Positions 1 through 8,649 of a stretch of DNA of 58,061 nucleotides are shown here, in pieces; the first letter of the stretch is position 1; each line of letters opens with the position of its first letter. Position numbers and translations under genes: made by a program. Source of the DNA: a virus. Taxonomy: Duplodnaviria; Caudoviricetes. The notes beneath the pieces are model-generated. The model made no database searches and was not told where the DNA came from. It saw nothing but the letters and a program-made list of their open reading frames with translations. The stretch lies in the IMG/VR virus record IMGVR_UViG_3300036826_000378, positions 1-58,061 of that record; one strand, 5' to 3'.

Positions 1-258
1 GGGCTGCCGGGCGTCGAAGGCCCGGACCGTCCGCTCCCTCGCCTTCTCCTCTGCCTCGACTCGCTCCTGCGCCCGCGTCTTCGCTTCGGCCAGGGTGGCG
101 ATCGCAGTGCTGTAGTCCTGGTGGTGCCGGTGAAGGTCAGTGTCGACCAGTTGCCAGATCCGGGCCAATCGCTCGATCTCGAAGCGCCCGTCGTCGCTGC
201 GGTACAAGCTGACGCCGACACCCCGGGGCAGCTTGACGCGCTCCCAGGACAGGGGCAT
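1..258 (-). CDS. hypothetical protein, runs off window edge (MPLSWERVKLPRG...)
   Basis: ATG at 258 overlaps the TGA of the upstream gene (TGATG); frame is open to position 1; not in ORF track. Confidence 0.65.
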   Translation of the reverse strand, partial: MPLSWERVKLPRGVGVSLYRSDDGRFEIERLARIWQLVDTDLHRHHQDYSTAIATLAEAKTRAQERVEAEEKARERTVRAFDARQP

Positions 259-464
259 CAGCTCTCCCTCCCGCGCCGGAAGCGCGCCGGCAGCAGCACT
301 GTTGTGTCGCACGCCTCGCACGCCACGGTGCGCTGGCCCGGTCGGACTTCGTCGGCATCGATACCCCAGTCCATCGTCCCGAGGTTGTTCACGAGCGGCT
401 CCTCGCACTCCGGGTTGGGGCAGTCGAGGCGGAACACGGTCGGGACAGCCTTGGCCGTCTTCAC
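258..464 (-). CDS. small Zn-ribbon protein (CPNPEC...CEAC)
   Basis: GTG start in a GTGA overlap, SD-like AGGAG, two Cys pairs. Confidence 0.7.
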   Translation of the reverse strand: MKTAKAVPTVFRLDCPNPECEEPLVNNLGTMDWGIDADEVRPGQRTVACEACDTTVLLPARFRRGRES

Positions 465-745
465 CGCCAGGTTCTCCTGCTGGACGGCGCCTGCGCGTTG
501 GCGATCAGCTCCTCCAGCACCGCGTCCGTCTTGTACTCCGCGTGATCGGTCACCGAGTAGCCGTCCGGGTTGGAGTGGTTGTCGCTCAGGTGCTCGTCCG
601 CCTGCTCGAAGCTGGCGAACGGGCCGTACCCTGTGGCGAACTCGCGCCAGTCGAAGGCACCCTTCGGGGCGTCCCAGTTCTCCAGCAGGTAGTACCAGCA
701 GCCCGGCGCCGGCTCGATGAACGAGCAGTTCAGTCCGCTGCTCAC
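461..745 (-). CDS. hypothetical phage protein
   Basis: GTG at 745 after AAGGAGG, GTGA overlaps at both ends. Confidence 0.75.
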   Translation of the reverse strand: MSSGLNCSFIEPAPGCWYYLLENWDAPKGAFDWREFATGYGPFASFEQADEHLSDNHSNPDGYSVTDHAEYKTDAVLEELIANAQAPSSRRTWR

Positions 746-933
746 GATCGATCGCCCTCCTTGAGCCACGCCTTGTACTTGGCCAGCTCGCTCTCCAGCT
801 CCGTGACGCGCTCCAGGGCGTCACGGACGGCGTGCGGCGAGGGGCTGTAGTCGCCAGCGTGCCGGCCACCCACTTCGCGCGCCCTGGCCAGCCAGGCGTC
901 CGTGTGCCGCTTCAGGTCGTCCAGCTCAGCCAC
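742..933 (-). CDS. hypothetical protein
   Basis: SD AAGGAGG, coupled to neighbours, high GC3. Confidence 0.7.
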   Translation of the reverse strand: MAELDDLKRHTDAWLARAREVGGRHAGDYSPSPHAVRDALERVTELESELAKYKAWLKEGDRS

Positions 934-1177
934 GCTCCACCTCCTTCGCCTCGCGGGCGGCCAGGGCCAGCCGGTACGGGCAATCGCACAGTTCGATGCC
1001 CTCGTGCTCGCCGCGGCAGTCGTTGACGTGGCCCTCTTCGAGAACCGCCCGCCGCAGCCCCTCCAGCTCGTCCAGGGCGGCGAGCAGGCGCTCGGCCCGT
1101 TCGCCGTCGAGGACCACGAAGCCGGGCATCCCGCACCAGCGGCACGTCGGGTTGTAGGGGAAGATGGCGAAGCTCAC
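926..1177 (-). CDS. small Cys/His-containing hypothetical protein
   Basis: CRWC and CDC motifs; GTG overlaps the stop at 1174. Confidence 0.65.
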   Translation of the reverse strand: MSFAIFPYNPTCRWCGMPGFVVLDGERAERLLAALDELEGLRRAVLEEGHVNDCRGEHEGIELCDCPYRLALAAREAKEVERG

Positions 1178-2153
1178 GTCTTTCCCCTCCGGTCACAGGA
1201 CCGGGCCGGGGACTCCAGGGGGAGCACGGGCTGATGCCGCCAGTGCCGCAGCCGCGCGATGGCGGTGGCGGCCGCGTACTCGTCCTCCTCGATGCCGACA
1301 AAGCCGAGGCTCCCGAGCCCATGAACGGGTCCAGCACCACCCCGCCCGGCGGCGTCACGAGCCGGCACAGCCAGCGCATCAGCTCGATCGGCTTGACCGT
1401 CGGGTGGGTGTTGCGCTGACCGGGTGCCAGGCCCGCTGAGCGCTCCTTGGCGCTCGACCGGGCGACGTAGAAGAAGCGTGACGCGCCGCCGCTGTCGCCG
1501 AGCGTTCCGCTCTGCCGATCCAGCTCGGCCACCGGGCAGCCCTCGACACACTGTCCGTTGCAGCCCTCGGCGTGGCTGAGCACGAGGTTCGCCGGCCACC
1601 GGCCAGTCGGGTTCCGGTCCTCGCCAGCCACCCAGGTCTTGCTGTAGGCGTCCTGGGCGTAGGTCGAGCCGGTGGCCTTGCTGTACCCGGCCGGAAACTT
1701 CGCCTTGTCGCTGCAGGCGATCCGGCTGTCCTCGATCCGCAGCCCACCCGGCCCCGGCTTCCGCACCAGCCACCAGACCTCGGTCGCCGGCTTCAGATAC
1801 CGCCCCTTCGGCCAGCCGTTCCCAAAGTGATGCGCGACGAACCCGTTGGGGTGGATCTCCCAGCCAGCCTCCTCCAGCGCGTTCGCGGTCCAATGCGCGG
1901 TGCGCGGGATGGCCCAGCCGAGGCCGAGGGCGCCGGGCCTGGCGACCCGGAACGCCTCCGCCATGCGCTCGGCGAGCCACTCCTCCCAGCGCGCTCGGCC
2001 GCCACGGTTGGAGTCCCACGCCGCGCCCATGAACGAGATGCCGGCCGGCGGGTCGGTCACCACCGCGTCGACGCTGGCGTCCGGCAGTTCGCGTAGCCGT
2101 TTCAGGCAGTCGCCGACCAGGACGCGCACCGGCCCGTCGCTCCAGTCCGTCAT
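1174..2153 (-). pseudogene. N6-adenine/N4-cytosine DNA methyltransferase (beta class), frameshifted near 1310
   Basis: VTDPPA (motif IV variant), HPTVKP, VLDPFMGSG (motif I); expected FVGIEEDEY...IARL tail continues in another frame ending at 1174. Confidence 0.85.
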
Positions 2154-2239
2154 CCCACCCTCCGGTCACGAACCCGGCGCGGGCGTCGCTCGACCGCCGC
2201 CATCATCTCGGCGAACGTGGGCATGTCGCCCTTCGTCAC
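2150..2239 (-). CDS. very small coupled ORF (..MPTFAEMMAAVERRPRRVRDRRVG)
   Basis: GTGA overlap upstream and ATGA overlap with the MTase start. Confidence 0.45.
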   Translation of the reverse strand: MTKGDMPTFAEMMAAVERRPRRVRDRRVG

Positions 2240-2685
2240 GCCGCCCACACCAGCCGCTCCATCCGGCTCAGGGCCACCAGGGCGCTGAGCCTCGCCTCCT
2301 GGAGCCCGGTCACCTCGGCCATGCAGCTCGCGATCTGGCCGGAGGTGAGACGTGCCGGCAGCTCGTTCAGGACATCCATCAGGAGCGCGTCGGTGGCCCG
2401 GTGGAACTCGTCACGCAACCGCGCGATCGTCAGGGCCAGAGCGTTCAGCGTCAGCTCCAAGCCGTGCTCCTCGATCGCCAGCATCACGAGCTCGTCGTGG
2501 GTCTTCGTCCGGGCGTTTTCGCTCCGGACCGCGGAGTTCCGCAGGTGCTCCAGCCGGCTGTAGAGTCGGGTCCGCACGATCCCGATCTCGCGGTCCGCGC
2601 TCTGGGTTACCCGGTACATGACGATCAGGTTCTCGCGGTGGGTCAGAGCCATACTCCCCTCCTGGGCTATGGTGGCTGCGTTCAT
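2236..2685 (-). CDS. hypothetical helical protein, probable leaderless start (MNAAT...)
   Basis: ATG-AAC 6 nt after TATACT; alternative SD-led in-frame ATG at 2652. Confidence 0.75.
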   Translation of the reverse strand: MNAATIAQEGSMALTHRENLIVMYRVTQSADREIGIVRTRLYSRLEHLRNSAVRSENARTKTHDELVMLAIEEHGLELTLNALALTIARLRDEFHRATDALLMDVLNELPARLTSGQIASCMAEVTGLQEARLSALVALSRMERLVWAA

Positions 2686-2720
2686 AGGTTAAGTATATGC
2701 GCGTGCGCCTAGAATAGCAA
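2683..2720 (-). promoter_or_regulatory. early promoter P1 (box class I)
   Basis: TTGCTA-17-TATACT-6-ATGAAC; GGCGCACGCGCA abuts the -10. Confidence 0.8.
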
Positions 2721-2723
2721 CAC

Positions 2724-2757
2724 AAAAGAGAAAGGGCCGGCGGAGATCGCCGGCCCT
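2724..2757 (-). terminator. intrinsic terminator
   Basis: AGGGCCGGCG/CGCCGGCCCT stem followed by TTCTCTTTT on the minus strand. Confidence 0.8.
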
Positions 2758-2773
2758 CGTCACCACGTTGAGT

Positions 2774-3050
2774 TCAGGTTTGGTCGAGCGCCTTGAGGCG
2801 GTACCACTCCCGCTTGTGCTCGCACCACCGCAGCCCGCGGGGGCAGGTGCAGGTGAGGCCCTGGCCGTCGCGTAGCGGCTCGACAGTGCGGTACAGCGGC
2901 GCTTCGGAACGGGACAGGATGATGAGCTGGATGTGCTCGGGCTGCAACCAGCAGTGCTTGGAGAGGGGGCTCCAGGTTGGCCAGGTCCAGCTCGGGCGTC
3001 TCGGGCGGCGCCAGCGTGGGGTCGCCGTCCAAGACGCTGAGGCGGCGCAT
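2774..3050 (-). pseudogene. SWIM-type Zn-finger protein, frameshifted at G5 run 2965-2969
   Basis: removing one base joins MRRLSVLDG...LEP to LSKHC...CTCPRGLRWCEH; span is 3n+1. Confidence 0.65.
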
Positions 3051-3160
3051 CAGCGCGGCCCCATCGAAGCGAGGAAGAACGGCAGCGCCTCCGCGACCAG
3101 CTTGTCCTCCACCAGGATGACGAAGCCGCACACGATGACGAGCCGAATCCAATCGCCCAC
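3050..3160 (-). CDS. small hydrophobic peptide (MGDWIRLVIVCGFVILV...)
   Basis: GTG directly after upstream TAA; TGATG overlap downstream. Confidence 0.5.
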   Translation of the reverse strand: MGDWIRLVIVCGFVILVEDKLVAEALPFFLASMGPR

Positions 3161-3355
3161 TTACGCGGCCTGGGTGTTCTGGCTGGGCTGCCAGTAGCCG
3201 CCCGGCACGGGCACCCAGTAACCCTTGAGGGGGTGGTTGTAGTCGGAGACCCACTTGGCCATCCGGGGACGCGCGGCGTCGATGTCGCGCCGGGTCCGCT
3301 CCCATGCCTGGGCCAGCGTGATCTCGTCGGTCGTCTTCGGAGCAGTGGCGTTCAT
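3161..3355 (-). CDS. hypothetical protein, probable leaderless start (MNATAP...)
   Basis: ATG-AAC 6 nt after TACAAT. Confidence 0.7.
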   Translation of the reverse strand: MNATAPKTTDEITLAQAWERTRRDIDAARPRMAKWVSDYNHPLKGYWVPVPGGYWQPSQNTQAA

Positions 3356-3379
3356 GCTCCTATTGTAACGATACCGCTG
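3353..3379 (-). promoter_or_regulatory. early promoter P2 (box class II)
   Basis: CAGCGGTATCGT-TACAAT-6-ATGAAC; no clear -35. Confidence 0.7.
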
Positions 3380-3398
3380 CTGTCGTGCGCGTCGACGT

Positions 3399-3724
3399 TC
3401 AGATGTCGAAGAGGGATGGCTGCGTGTCGCCGGCCGCTGTTGGAGGGGCCGGGGTTGGCGCAGCCTGGCTGAGTGCCTTGAGCCCGGGTCCGTCCAGCAT
3501 CTTCAGGTGGCGCTCCACCTCGGCCATGTACGTCACGGCGCGCAGCCATGCGCACCGCTTCTTGTGGCGGCCGGTCCGCTCGTCCATGGGGGCAGGCATG
3601 ATCTCGGCGTGGCAGTACGTGCAGGTGCAGACGTACAGGTTCCCCCGTGCTGTTGGGGCTCGATCGCCACGAGGTCGCGGACCAGGACGTAGATCGACGG
3701 GAGCGGCTCCCGGTCCGCGGCCAC
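3399..3724 (-). pseudogene. Cys-rich protein with C-terminal QPSLF, frameshifted at C5 run 3642-3646
   Basis: GTG overlaps upstream TAG; adding one G joins MAADREP...QHGG to NLYVCTCTYCH...QPSLFDI. Confidence 0.6.
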
Positions 3725-4008
3725 TACGCGCGTCGCTCCTGATCCCCACGCGCCAGCAGCAACGCCAGCACGAGAGCCGCCACGCCGGCCGCCACGAGGA
3801 TGGCGACCAGGAAGGGCCGGGGCCAGGCCGCCAGCTCGCGCTCCAACCGCACCAGCCACGGCACCTGGGCCTGCGCCGCGAGCGCCGGAGCGTCCGGGCC
3901 CGGCTGGCCGCAGACCGGGCACCAAGTCCCCGGATGGAGCAGGGGCGGACGCTGGGTGAAGCAGCGAGGGCAGGCGATCGTCGGTTCAGGCTCGTTCAGG
4001 GGCACCAT
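3724..4008 (-). CDS. Zn-ribbon plus single transmembrane protein
   Basis: CPRC/CPVC pairs, hydrophobic C-terminal helix, SD AAGGAGG. Confidence 0.7.
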   Translation of the reverse strand: MVPLNEPEPTIACPRCFTQRPPLLHPGTWCPVCGQPGPDAPALAAQAQVPWLVRLERELAAWPRPFLVAILVAAGVAALVLALLLARGDQERRA

Positions 4009-4009
4009 C

Positions 4010-4369
4010 TCAGCTCGCCTCCTTCACCGAACGCTGGGCTTCCGCCAGCCGGCTCATGGCGTCCTCCAGCCGATCGAACTCCGGTCCGTCTGGCGAGACA
4101 TCGCTCATCCAGGCGTCCCAGGCCCTCAGCGTGCCCGCCACCGTGCGCACGAACGCCGAGCTGGCCGCCGCGGCGCGCAGAGCCATGACGAGGTCGCGCG
4201 AGCATCCGCCCGCCTCCGCGGCGTCGGAGTGCTGGTGGCCGCAGCTCCACACGATCTTGCTGCGGCCACTGCGCAGGACTCCGACCCACCACGAGAAGTG
4301 CTCGCCGGTGGGGTCGCCCGGGGGGCCGACCCTGAGAATGCCGGGGCGAATGCCGAGGACAGGCGCCAC
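4010..4369 (-). CDS. hypothetical protein
   Basis: tight packing with neighbours, high GC3. Confidence 0.65.
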   Translation of the reverse strand: MAPVLGIRPGILRVGPPGDPTGEHFSWWVGVLRSGRSKIVWSCGHQHSDAAEAGGCSRDLVMALRAAAASSAFVRTVAGTLRAWDAWMSDVSPDGPEFDRLEDAMSRLAEAQRSVKEAS

Positions 4370-4370
4370 C

Positions 4371-4787
4371 TCAGCTCTCCCTCGTCAGCGGCTCGATCCG
4401 CAGCAGGGTGATCGTGCCGGTCTGCCCGAACTGCTTCGCCAGCGCGTGAGCAGCGCAGCACCTCGCCGTGACGGTCTCCGCGTGGCCAGGCCCGATCTGG
4501 ACGCGCCAGGTGACGCGGAAGAGAGCCCGGTTCCCGGCGAGCCAGCACGTGACGTCGTCGCAGAGTTGAACGTTCCGGTACCTGGCCCCGACTCGGCGCC
4601 AGTAGTCCTCGGAGGACACCTGGAGCATCTCCAGCTCGTGGGTGCGACAGCGGAGGCTGGGAGCGTAGTCGGCCGTGAACGCGGTCGGGCAGGGGCTCTT
4701 GGGATCGTCCGCCAGCGGGCACGCGAAGTGTCGGAGTTGGGGCGGAGCGCTTGCCTTCATCTTCTCGTACAGCCGGAACCAGCTCAT
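4371..4787 (-). CDS. Cys-rich hypothetical protein (MSWFRLYEKM...)
   Basis: ATG 1 nt after the ftsK stop, SD GGAGG. Confidence 0.65.
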   Translation of the reverse strand: MSWFRLYEKMKASAPPQLRHFACPLADDPKSPCPTAFTADYAPSLRCRTHELEMLQVSSEDYWRRVGARYRNVQLCDDVTCWLAGNRALFRVTWRVQIGPGHAETVTARCCAAHALAKQFGQTGTITLLRIEPLTRES

Positions 4788-4788
4788 C

Positions 4789-7128
4789 TCAGCCCTCCAC
4801 TTCGAGCTGCTCCAGCAGCTCATCGACTTCGGCTCCACTCATCAGCACCTCGCGGGACTTCGAGCCCTGGTAGGGCCCGATCACCCGGTTGCGCTCCAGC
4901 ATGTCGATGATCCGACCGGCCCGCGAGTAGCCGACGTTGAACTTGCGCTGAACCCCTGAGACGGAAGCGGCGCCTTCGGCGGCCACCGCACGCGCCGCAC
5001 GCGCGAACAGCGGGTCCAGCTTGCGCTCTCCGTCCGGACCCAGCTCGGTGGCGGGCAGGAAGCCCTCCAGAACCGCCTCGTGGTAGGACGGCTCGCCCTG
5101 GCCCTTCCAGAAGTTGACCAGCGCCTCGATCTCCGGATCCGAGACGAAAGCACCCTGGATGCGGGTGGGCTTGCCCGCGTCGACCGGCAGGTAGAGCATG
5201 TCGCCGCGGCCCAGCAGCTTCTCGGCGCCGACCGAGTCCAGGATCACCCGGCTGTCCACCTGCGAGCCGACCGCGAACGCGATCCGGCTCGGGATGTTGG
5301 CCTTGATGAGGCCGGTGATGATATCGGTCGACGGGCGCTGAGTGGCGATCACGAGGTGGAGGCCAACCGCGCGCGCGAGCTGCGCGATCCGGCAGACCAG
5401 TTCCTCGATCTCGCCGGCCGCCACCATCATCAGGTCGGCCAGTTCGTCGATCACGATCACGACGTGGGGCAGCTCGCGAGCCCGCCGGACCTTCGCGCGC
5501 TCGTTGTAGACCGCGATGTTGCGGACGCCCTCGTGGTGCAGCAGCTTGTACCGCCGCTCCATCTCGGCGACGGCCCAGCGCAACGCGCCGGCCGCCTGAG
5601 CGGGTTCCACGATGACTGGAACGACGAGGTGCGGCAGATCGGTGTACTGCTGGAGCTCGACACGCTTCGGGTCGATCAGCACCATGCGGAGCTGGGCCGG
5701 GGTGAGCTGGAGCAGCAGGGAGCAGATCATTGCGTTGATCGCCACGCTCTTGCCCTGCCCGGTCGCGCCCGCGATCAGCAGGTGTGGCATCCGCGTCAGG
5801 TCGGCCGCGACACATGCGCCCGCGACGTCGTTCCCGATGGCCAACGGCAGGTAGTGGTTCCCACGCTGGAAGGCCGGAGAGGCAACGACCTCTCCGAGCG
5901 TGACAAGGGTGGCGGTCTTGTTGGGCACCTCGATACCGATAGCCTGCTTGCCCGGGATCGGCACCTCCAGGCGAATCGGCGAGGCCGCCAGCGCCAGCGA
6001 GAGATCGTTCTGAAGACGCACGATCTTGCCGACCTGGACTCCCGCGGCCGGCTGCACCTCGTACTGCGTGACCGCGGGGCCGGCGTTGACTCCCACGACC
6101 TTGCCGGCAGCCCCGAAGGTCTTCAGCGTCTCTTCGATGATCCGGACGTTCCGCTTGATCTCGTCCTGCATCCGGTTGCTCTTGGCGACGGCCGGCGTCA
6201 GGAGGGAGCCGGCATCCGGCCGGTCCCACTCGACATCCTCTGAGCCGTCGTCCCACTCGCCCACGATCGTTTCGATCGGAGTGTCGTCGTTGGCCTCACC
6301 CACCTCGGCCAGGTGCCGCTCGAAGGCGTGGTCTTCCGGCATCGGCGGGACGTTCTCGGCGTCGTCACCGGACTCCAAGTCCAGGGGAGTCTGCTCGACA
6401 GGCCCGGCAGGCCCGGCAGCCGGCGGGGCAGGCTGGGCCGGCTCTGGAGCCGGACGTGGAGTTGGCGCCGGAGCCGGCTGGCGCTGGGGGCGCAGGTTGT
6501 TCAGGCGCTCGCGCTCGCCCCACACCTTCTGGCCCGCCTCCACGACAGCCAGGAGGGGCTTGGCTAGGTCGCGCAGGCCCAGGAACGCCGCCAGCCCGAT
6601 GACGACCACCAGAAGCAGCGCCGTGATTCCGGGGCTGATGTGATCGACCAGGGGGCGCGTGAACCAGAAAGCGATCCAGCCGCCGAGACGCGGCGCTGGG
6701 ATGCTGAGCAGGCCCAACAGGGCGAACAGGACGATCGTCGCGCAGAGCACCTGCCAACTTGTCAGATTGATCCGCGACCACAGCAGCGCTACGCCGACGA
6801 AGATCATGCCGGGGAGCGCGATGAGCCACCCGATACCGAACAGGCCACGAGCGAGGTAACTCAGGTCGCGGAGGGCCGCGTAGTCCGACGGGAAGATGCT
6901 GACGATCGAGACGATGCCGACCAGCGCCAGCAGGACGCCGAGGATGCCGCGGGTCTGCTCGGGGGAGAGCCGGCCCAGCTCGGTGACGGCGTCTTCGATG
7001 ACGTCTCCGATCGCGCTCCCAATGCCGAGGAAGTCGAAGTGGTGGCCCCCCGCGCGCGAGGGCGCACGCCGTACCGTTGTGGTGCGCCGGGCCGGTTGCC
7101 GGCGCGAGGTTCGCCGCCGGGTGCTCAT
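4789..7128 (-). CDS. ftsK: DNA translocase FtsK/SpoIIIE, full length (TM region, Pro-rich linker, alpha, motor and gamma domains)
   Basis: Walker A GATGQGKS, IDPKRVEL, Walker B IVIDELADL, ATQRP, GAEKLLGRGDML, gamma domain VQRKFNVGYSRAGRIIDMLE; SD GAGGAGG before ATG 7128. Confidence 0.95.
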   Translation of the reverse strand: MSTRRRTSRRQPARRTTTVRRAPSRAGGHHFDFLGIGSAIGDVIEDAVTELGRLSPEQTRGILGVLLALVGIVSIVSIFPSDYAALRDLSYLARGLFGIGWLIALPGMIFVGVALLWSRINLTSWQVLCATIVLFALLGLLSIPAPRLGGWIAFWFTRPLVDHISPGITALLLVVVIGLAAFLGLRDLAKPLLAVVEAGQKVWGERERLNNLRPQRQPAPAPTPRPAPEPAQPAPPAAGPAGPVEQTPLDLESGDDAENVPPMPEDHAFERHLAEVGEANDDTPIETIVGEWDDGSEDVEWDRPDAGSLLTPAVAKSNRMQDEIKRNVRIIEETLKTFGAAGKVVGVNAGPAVTQYEVQPAAGVQVGKIVRLQNDLSLALAASPIRLEVPIPGKQAIGIEVPNKTATLVTLGEVVASPAFQRGNHYLPLAIGNDVAGACVAADLTRMPHLLIAGATGQGKSVAINAMICSLLLQLTPAQLRMVLIDPKRVELQQYTDLPHLVVPVIVEPAQAAGALRWAVAEMERRYKLLHHEGVRNIAVYNERAKVRRARELPHVVIVIDELADLMMVAAGEIEELVCRIAQLARAVGLHLVIATQRPSTDIITGLIKANIPSRIAFAVGSQVDSRVILDSVGAEKLLGRGDMLYLPVDAGKPTRIQGAFVSDPEIEALVNFWKGQGEPSYHEAVLEGFLPATELGPDGERKLDPLFARAARAVAAEGAASVSGVQRKFNVGYSRAGRIIDMLERNRVIGPYQGSKSREVLMSGAEVDELLEQLEVEG

Positions 7129-7247
7129 GTGGGATCTCCCTCCTCGGTGGTGGCTTCCATGTTGCCGCCCGGGACGAGACCGTGGGAGCGCGCGACCCAG
7201 CAGAGCTGGGCCCGAGCGGGAACCGCGGCCCTCGTGGTGGCGTTCAT
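7125..7247 (-). CDS. 40-aa leaderless ORF (MNATTR...) coupled to ftsK
   Basis: ATG-AAC 6 nt after TATAAT; its TGA overlaps the ftsK ATG (ATGA). Confidence 0.55.
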   Translation of the reverse strand: MNATTRAAVPARAQLCWVARSHGLVPGGNMEATTEEGDPT

Positions 7248-7271
7248 GAGGCAATTATAACTGTAGCGCTG
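7245..7271 (-). promoter_or_regulatory. early promoter P3, leftward (box class II)
   Basis: CAGCGCTACAGT-TATAAT-6-ATGAAC. Confidence 0.75.
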
Positions 7272-7288
7272 CAATTGTGGCGCCGGGG

Positions 7289-7328
7289 TTGCGCGAGCGT
7301 CAGCAGTACCGCTAAAATTGACCGCATG
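7289..7328 (+). promoter_or_regulatory. early promoter P4, rightward (box class II)
   Basis: TTGCGC-18-TAAAAT-7-ATGAAC with CAGCAGTACCGC before the -10. Confidence 0.8.
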
Positions 7329-7508
7329 AACGCCACCGCCACACGACGCCCGCGCAACGCTCCTCGCCGCCAGATCGTGCGGTGGGTCGAGCGGGGCGTG
7401 TCCTACGGCTGGATCGCGCCTTCGCAGCGTGCCGCCCTCCGGAGGGTGCGCGAGTTGCGGAAGGGCGTCGATCCGTACGCCGATTTCAGCCCGACGGTGC
7501 AGCCGTGA
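7326..7508 (+). CDS. small basic protein, leaderless (MNATATRR...)
   Basis: starts at P4; GTGA coupling downstream. Confidence 0.65.
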   Translation: MNATATRRPRNAPRRQIVRWVERGVSYGWIAPSQRAALRRVRELRKGVDPYADFSPTVQP

Positions 7509-8155
7509 TCGAGCGGCCCGCCATCTGTCTCGACACGCCCTGGGGCCAGGTTCAGGCCATCCTGAACTCGGGCATCAGCGCCTATGTGAGCGCGGGCTCC
7601 GATGGCGACTCAAACCCTGCTGGCATCACGATCAACCGCGTCGCGTACCGCCTCCAGCTCCGACTGCACTGCGGCACGGCCGGCTGGTGGGCCTCCGGGC
7701 ACGACTCGCTCACGCGCCTGGATGGTCGTGGTGGCGCGTCGGCCGCCGCGAACCACATGCTGAGCGAGCTGGTGGAGCTGTTCGCCCACTGGGCCAGGGG
7801 CCACCGGGAAGTGCTGGCGGACGCGCAGACCGCCTACCTGGAGCGCGAGCTGGCGCGGGTGGACGAGTTCATCCGCGTCGACCTGGATCGCCTACGTGAG
7901 CACGAGGGCGACCGCCGCAAGATTCTGGCCATGCTGGGCCGGGAGCCCGAGGCGTCCCCGCTGGCGTTGCTGGCGGCGGCGGTGCATGAGTACCTCGATG
8001 GCGAGCTCGTGGCAGCGCGACATTGCCCGAGCTGCGGCGGTTCGCTCCTGCGAGGAGGCCAGCACGAGGAGGGCTGCGGACTGGCGGCGGTCGCCGCCGC
8101 ATACGTGGTTGCGCGGCCTGATTCGGGCCTGACTGGCCTGGGCTTGCCCGCATGA
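7505..8155 (+). CDS. hypothetical protein with C-terminal CPSC..H..C; paralog of next gene
   Basis: GTGA/ATGA overlaps; similarity to 8152-8646. Confidence 0.7.
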   Translation: MIERPAICLDTPWGQVQAILNSGISAYVSAGSDGDSNPAGITINRVAYRLQLRLHCGTAGWWASGHDSLTRLDGRGGASAAANHMLSELVELFAHWARGHREVLADAQTAYLERELARVDEFIRVDLDRLREHEGDRRKILAMLGREPEASPLALLAAAVHEYLDGELVAARHCPSCGGSLLRGGQHEEGCGLAAVAAAYVVARPDSGLTGLGLPA

Positions 8156-8646
8156 CCGCGCCTCGCCACTCGCTGGTGACGGCATTCGGGGTCGTGGACG
8201 TCCAGGTCAATGCCTCGGATCGTCTGCACCTGAGCGCCGGCCACATCCGATCGAGCAGCAAGGCGGGCCTGCGCATCAACGGCGTCTGGTACAACCTGAC
8301 GCTCGATCTCGTGCGCAAGCCCGGCGAGGGTTGGACCGTGGACGAGACCGGCTGGGTGTGGCGCTACGGGCTGCGCCGGCAGCGGGCGACGGCGACGGGT
8401 GACGACCACGCTTCCGAGGCGGCGATCGAGAAGGCCAAGCAGATCCTGGAAGACGTCGCGCGATGGGCTGACCGGTACTCAGGCGTCATCGGCGCCGCCC
8501 GCATCCGCGGCATGGAGCTTGCGCTGCGGCACGCGGAGGAGAACGTCAGGCGTCTCCGCCGGGAGCTGCGCGCGGCAGAGATCGAACACTTCGAGGTGCG
8601 TGCTGAGATGGGACTGGGCCCCGCGCCCGTCTCGGAGGAGGAGTAA
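8152..8646 (+). CDS. hypothetical protein with coiled-coil C-terminus
   Basis: ATGA overlap, high GC3. Confidence 0.75.
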   Translation: MTAPRHSLVTAFGVVDVQVNASDRLHLSAGHIRSSSKAGLRINGVWYNLTLDLVRKPGEGWTVDETGWVWRYGLRRQRATATGDDHASEAAIEKAKQILEDVARWADRYSGVIGAARIRGMELALRHAEENVRRLRRELRAAEIEHFEVRAEMGLGPAPVSEEE

Positions 8647-8649
8647 AGC

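Noticed and set aside
7129-7254. ORF-track N-terminal extension of FtsK from 7254
   Set aside because: It overlaps promoter P3; the SD-led ATG at 7128 with ATGA coupling is the better start
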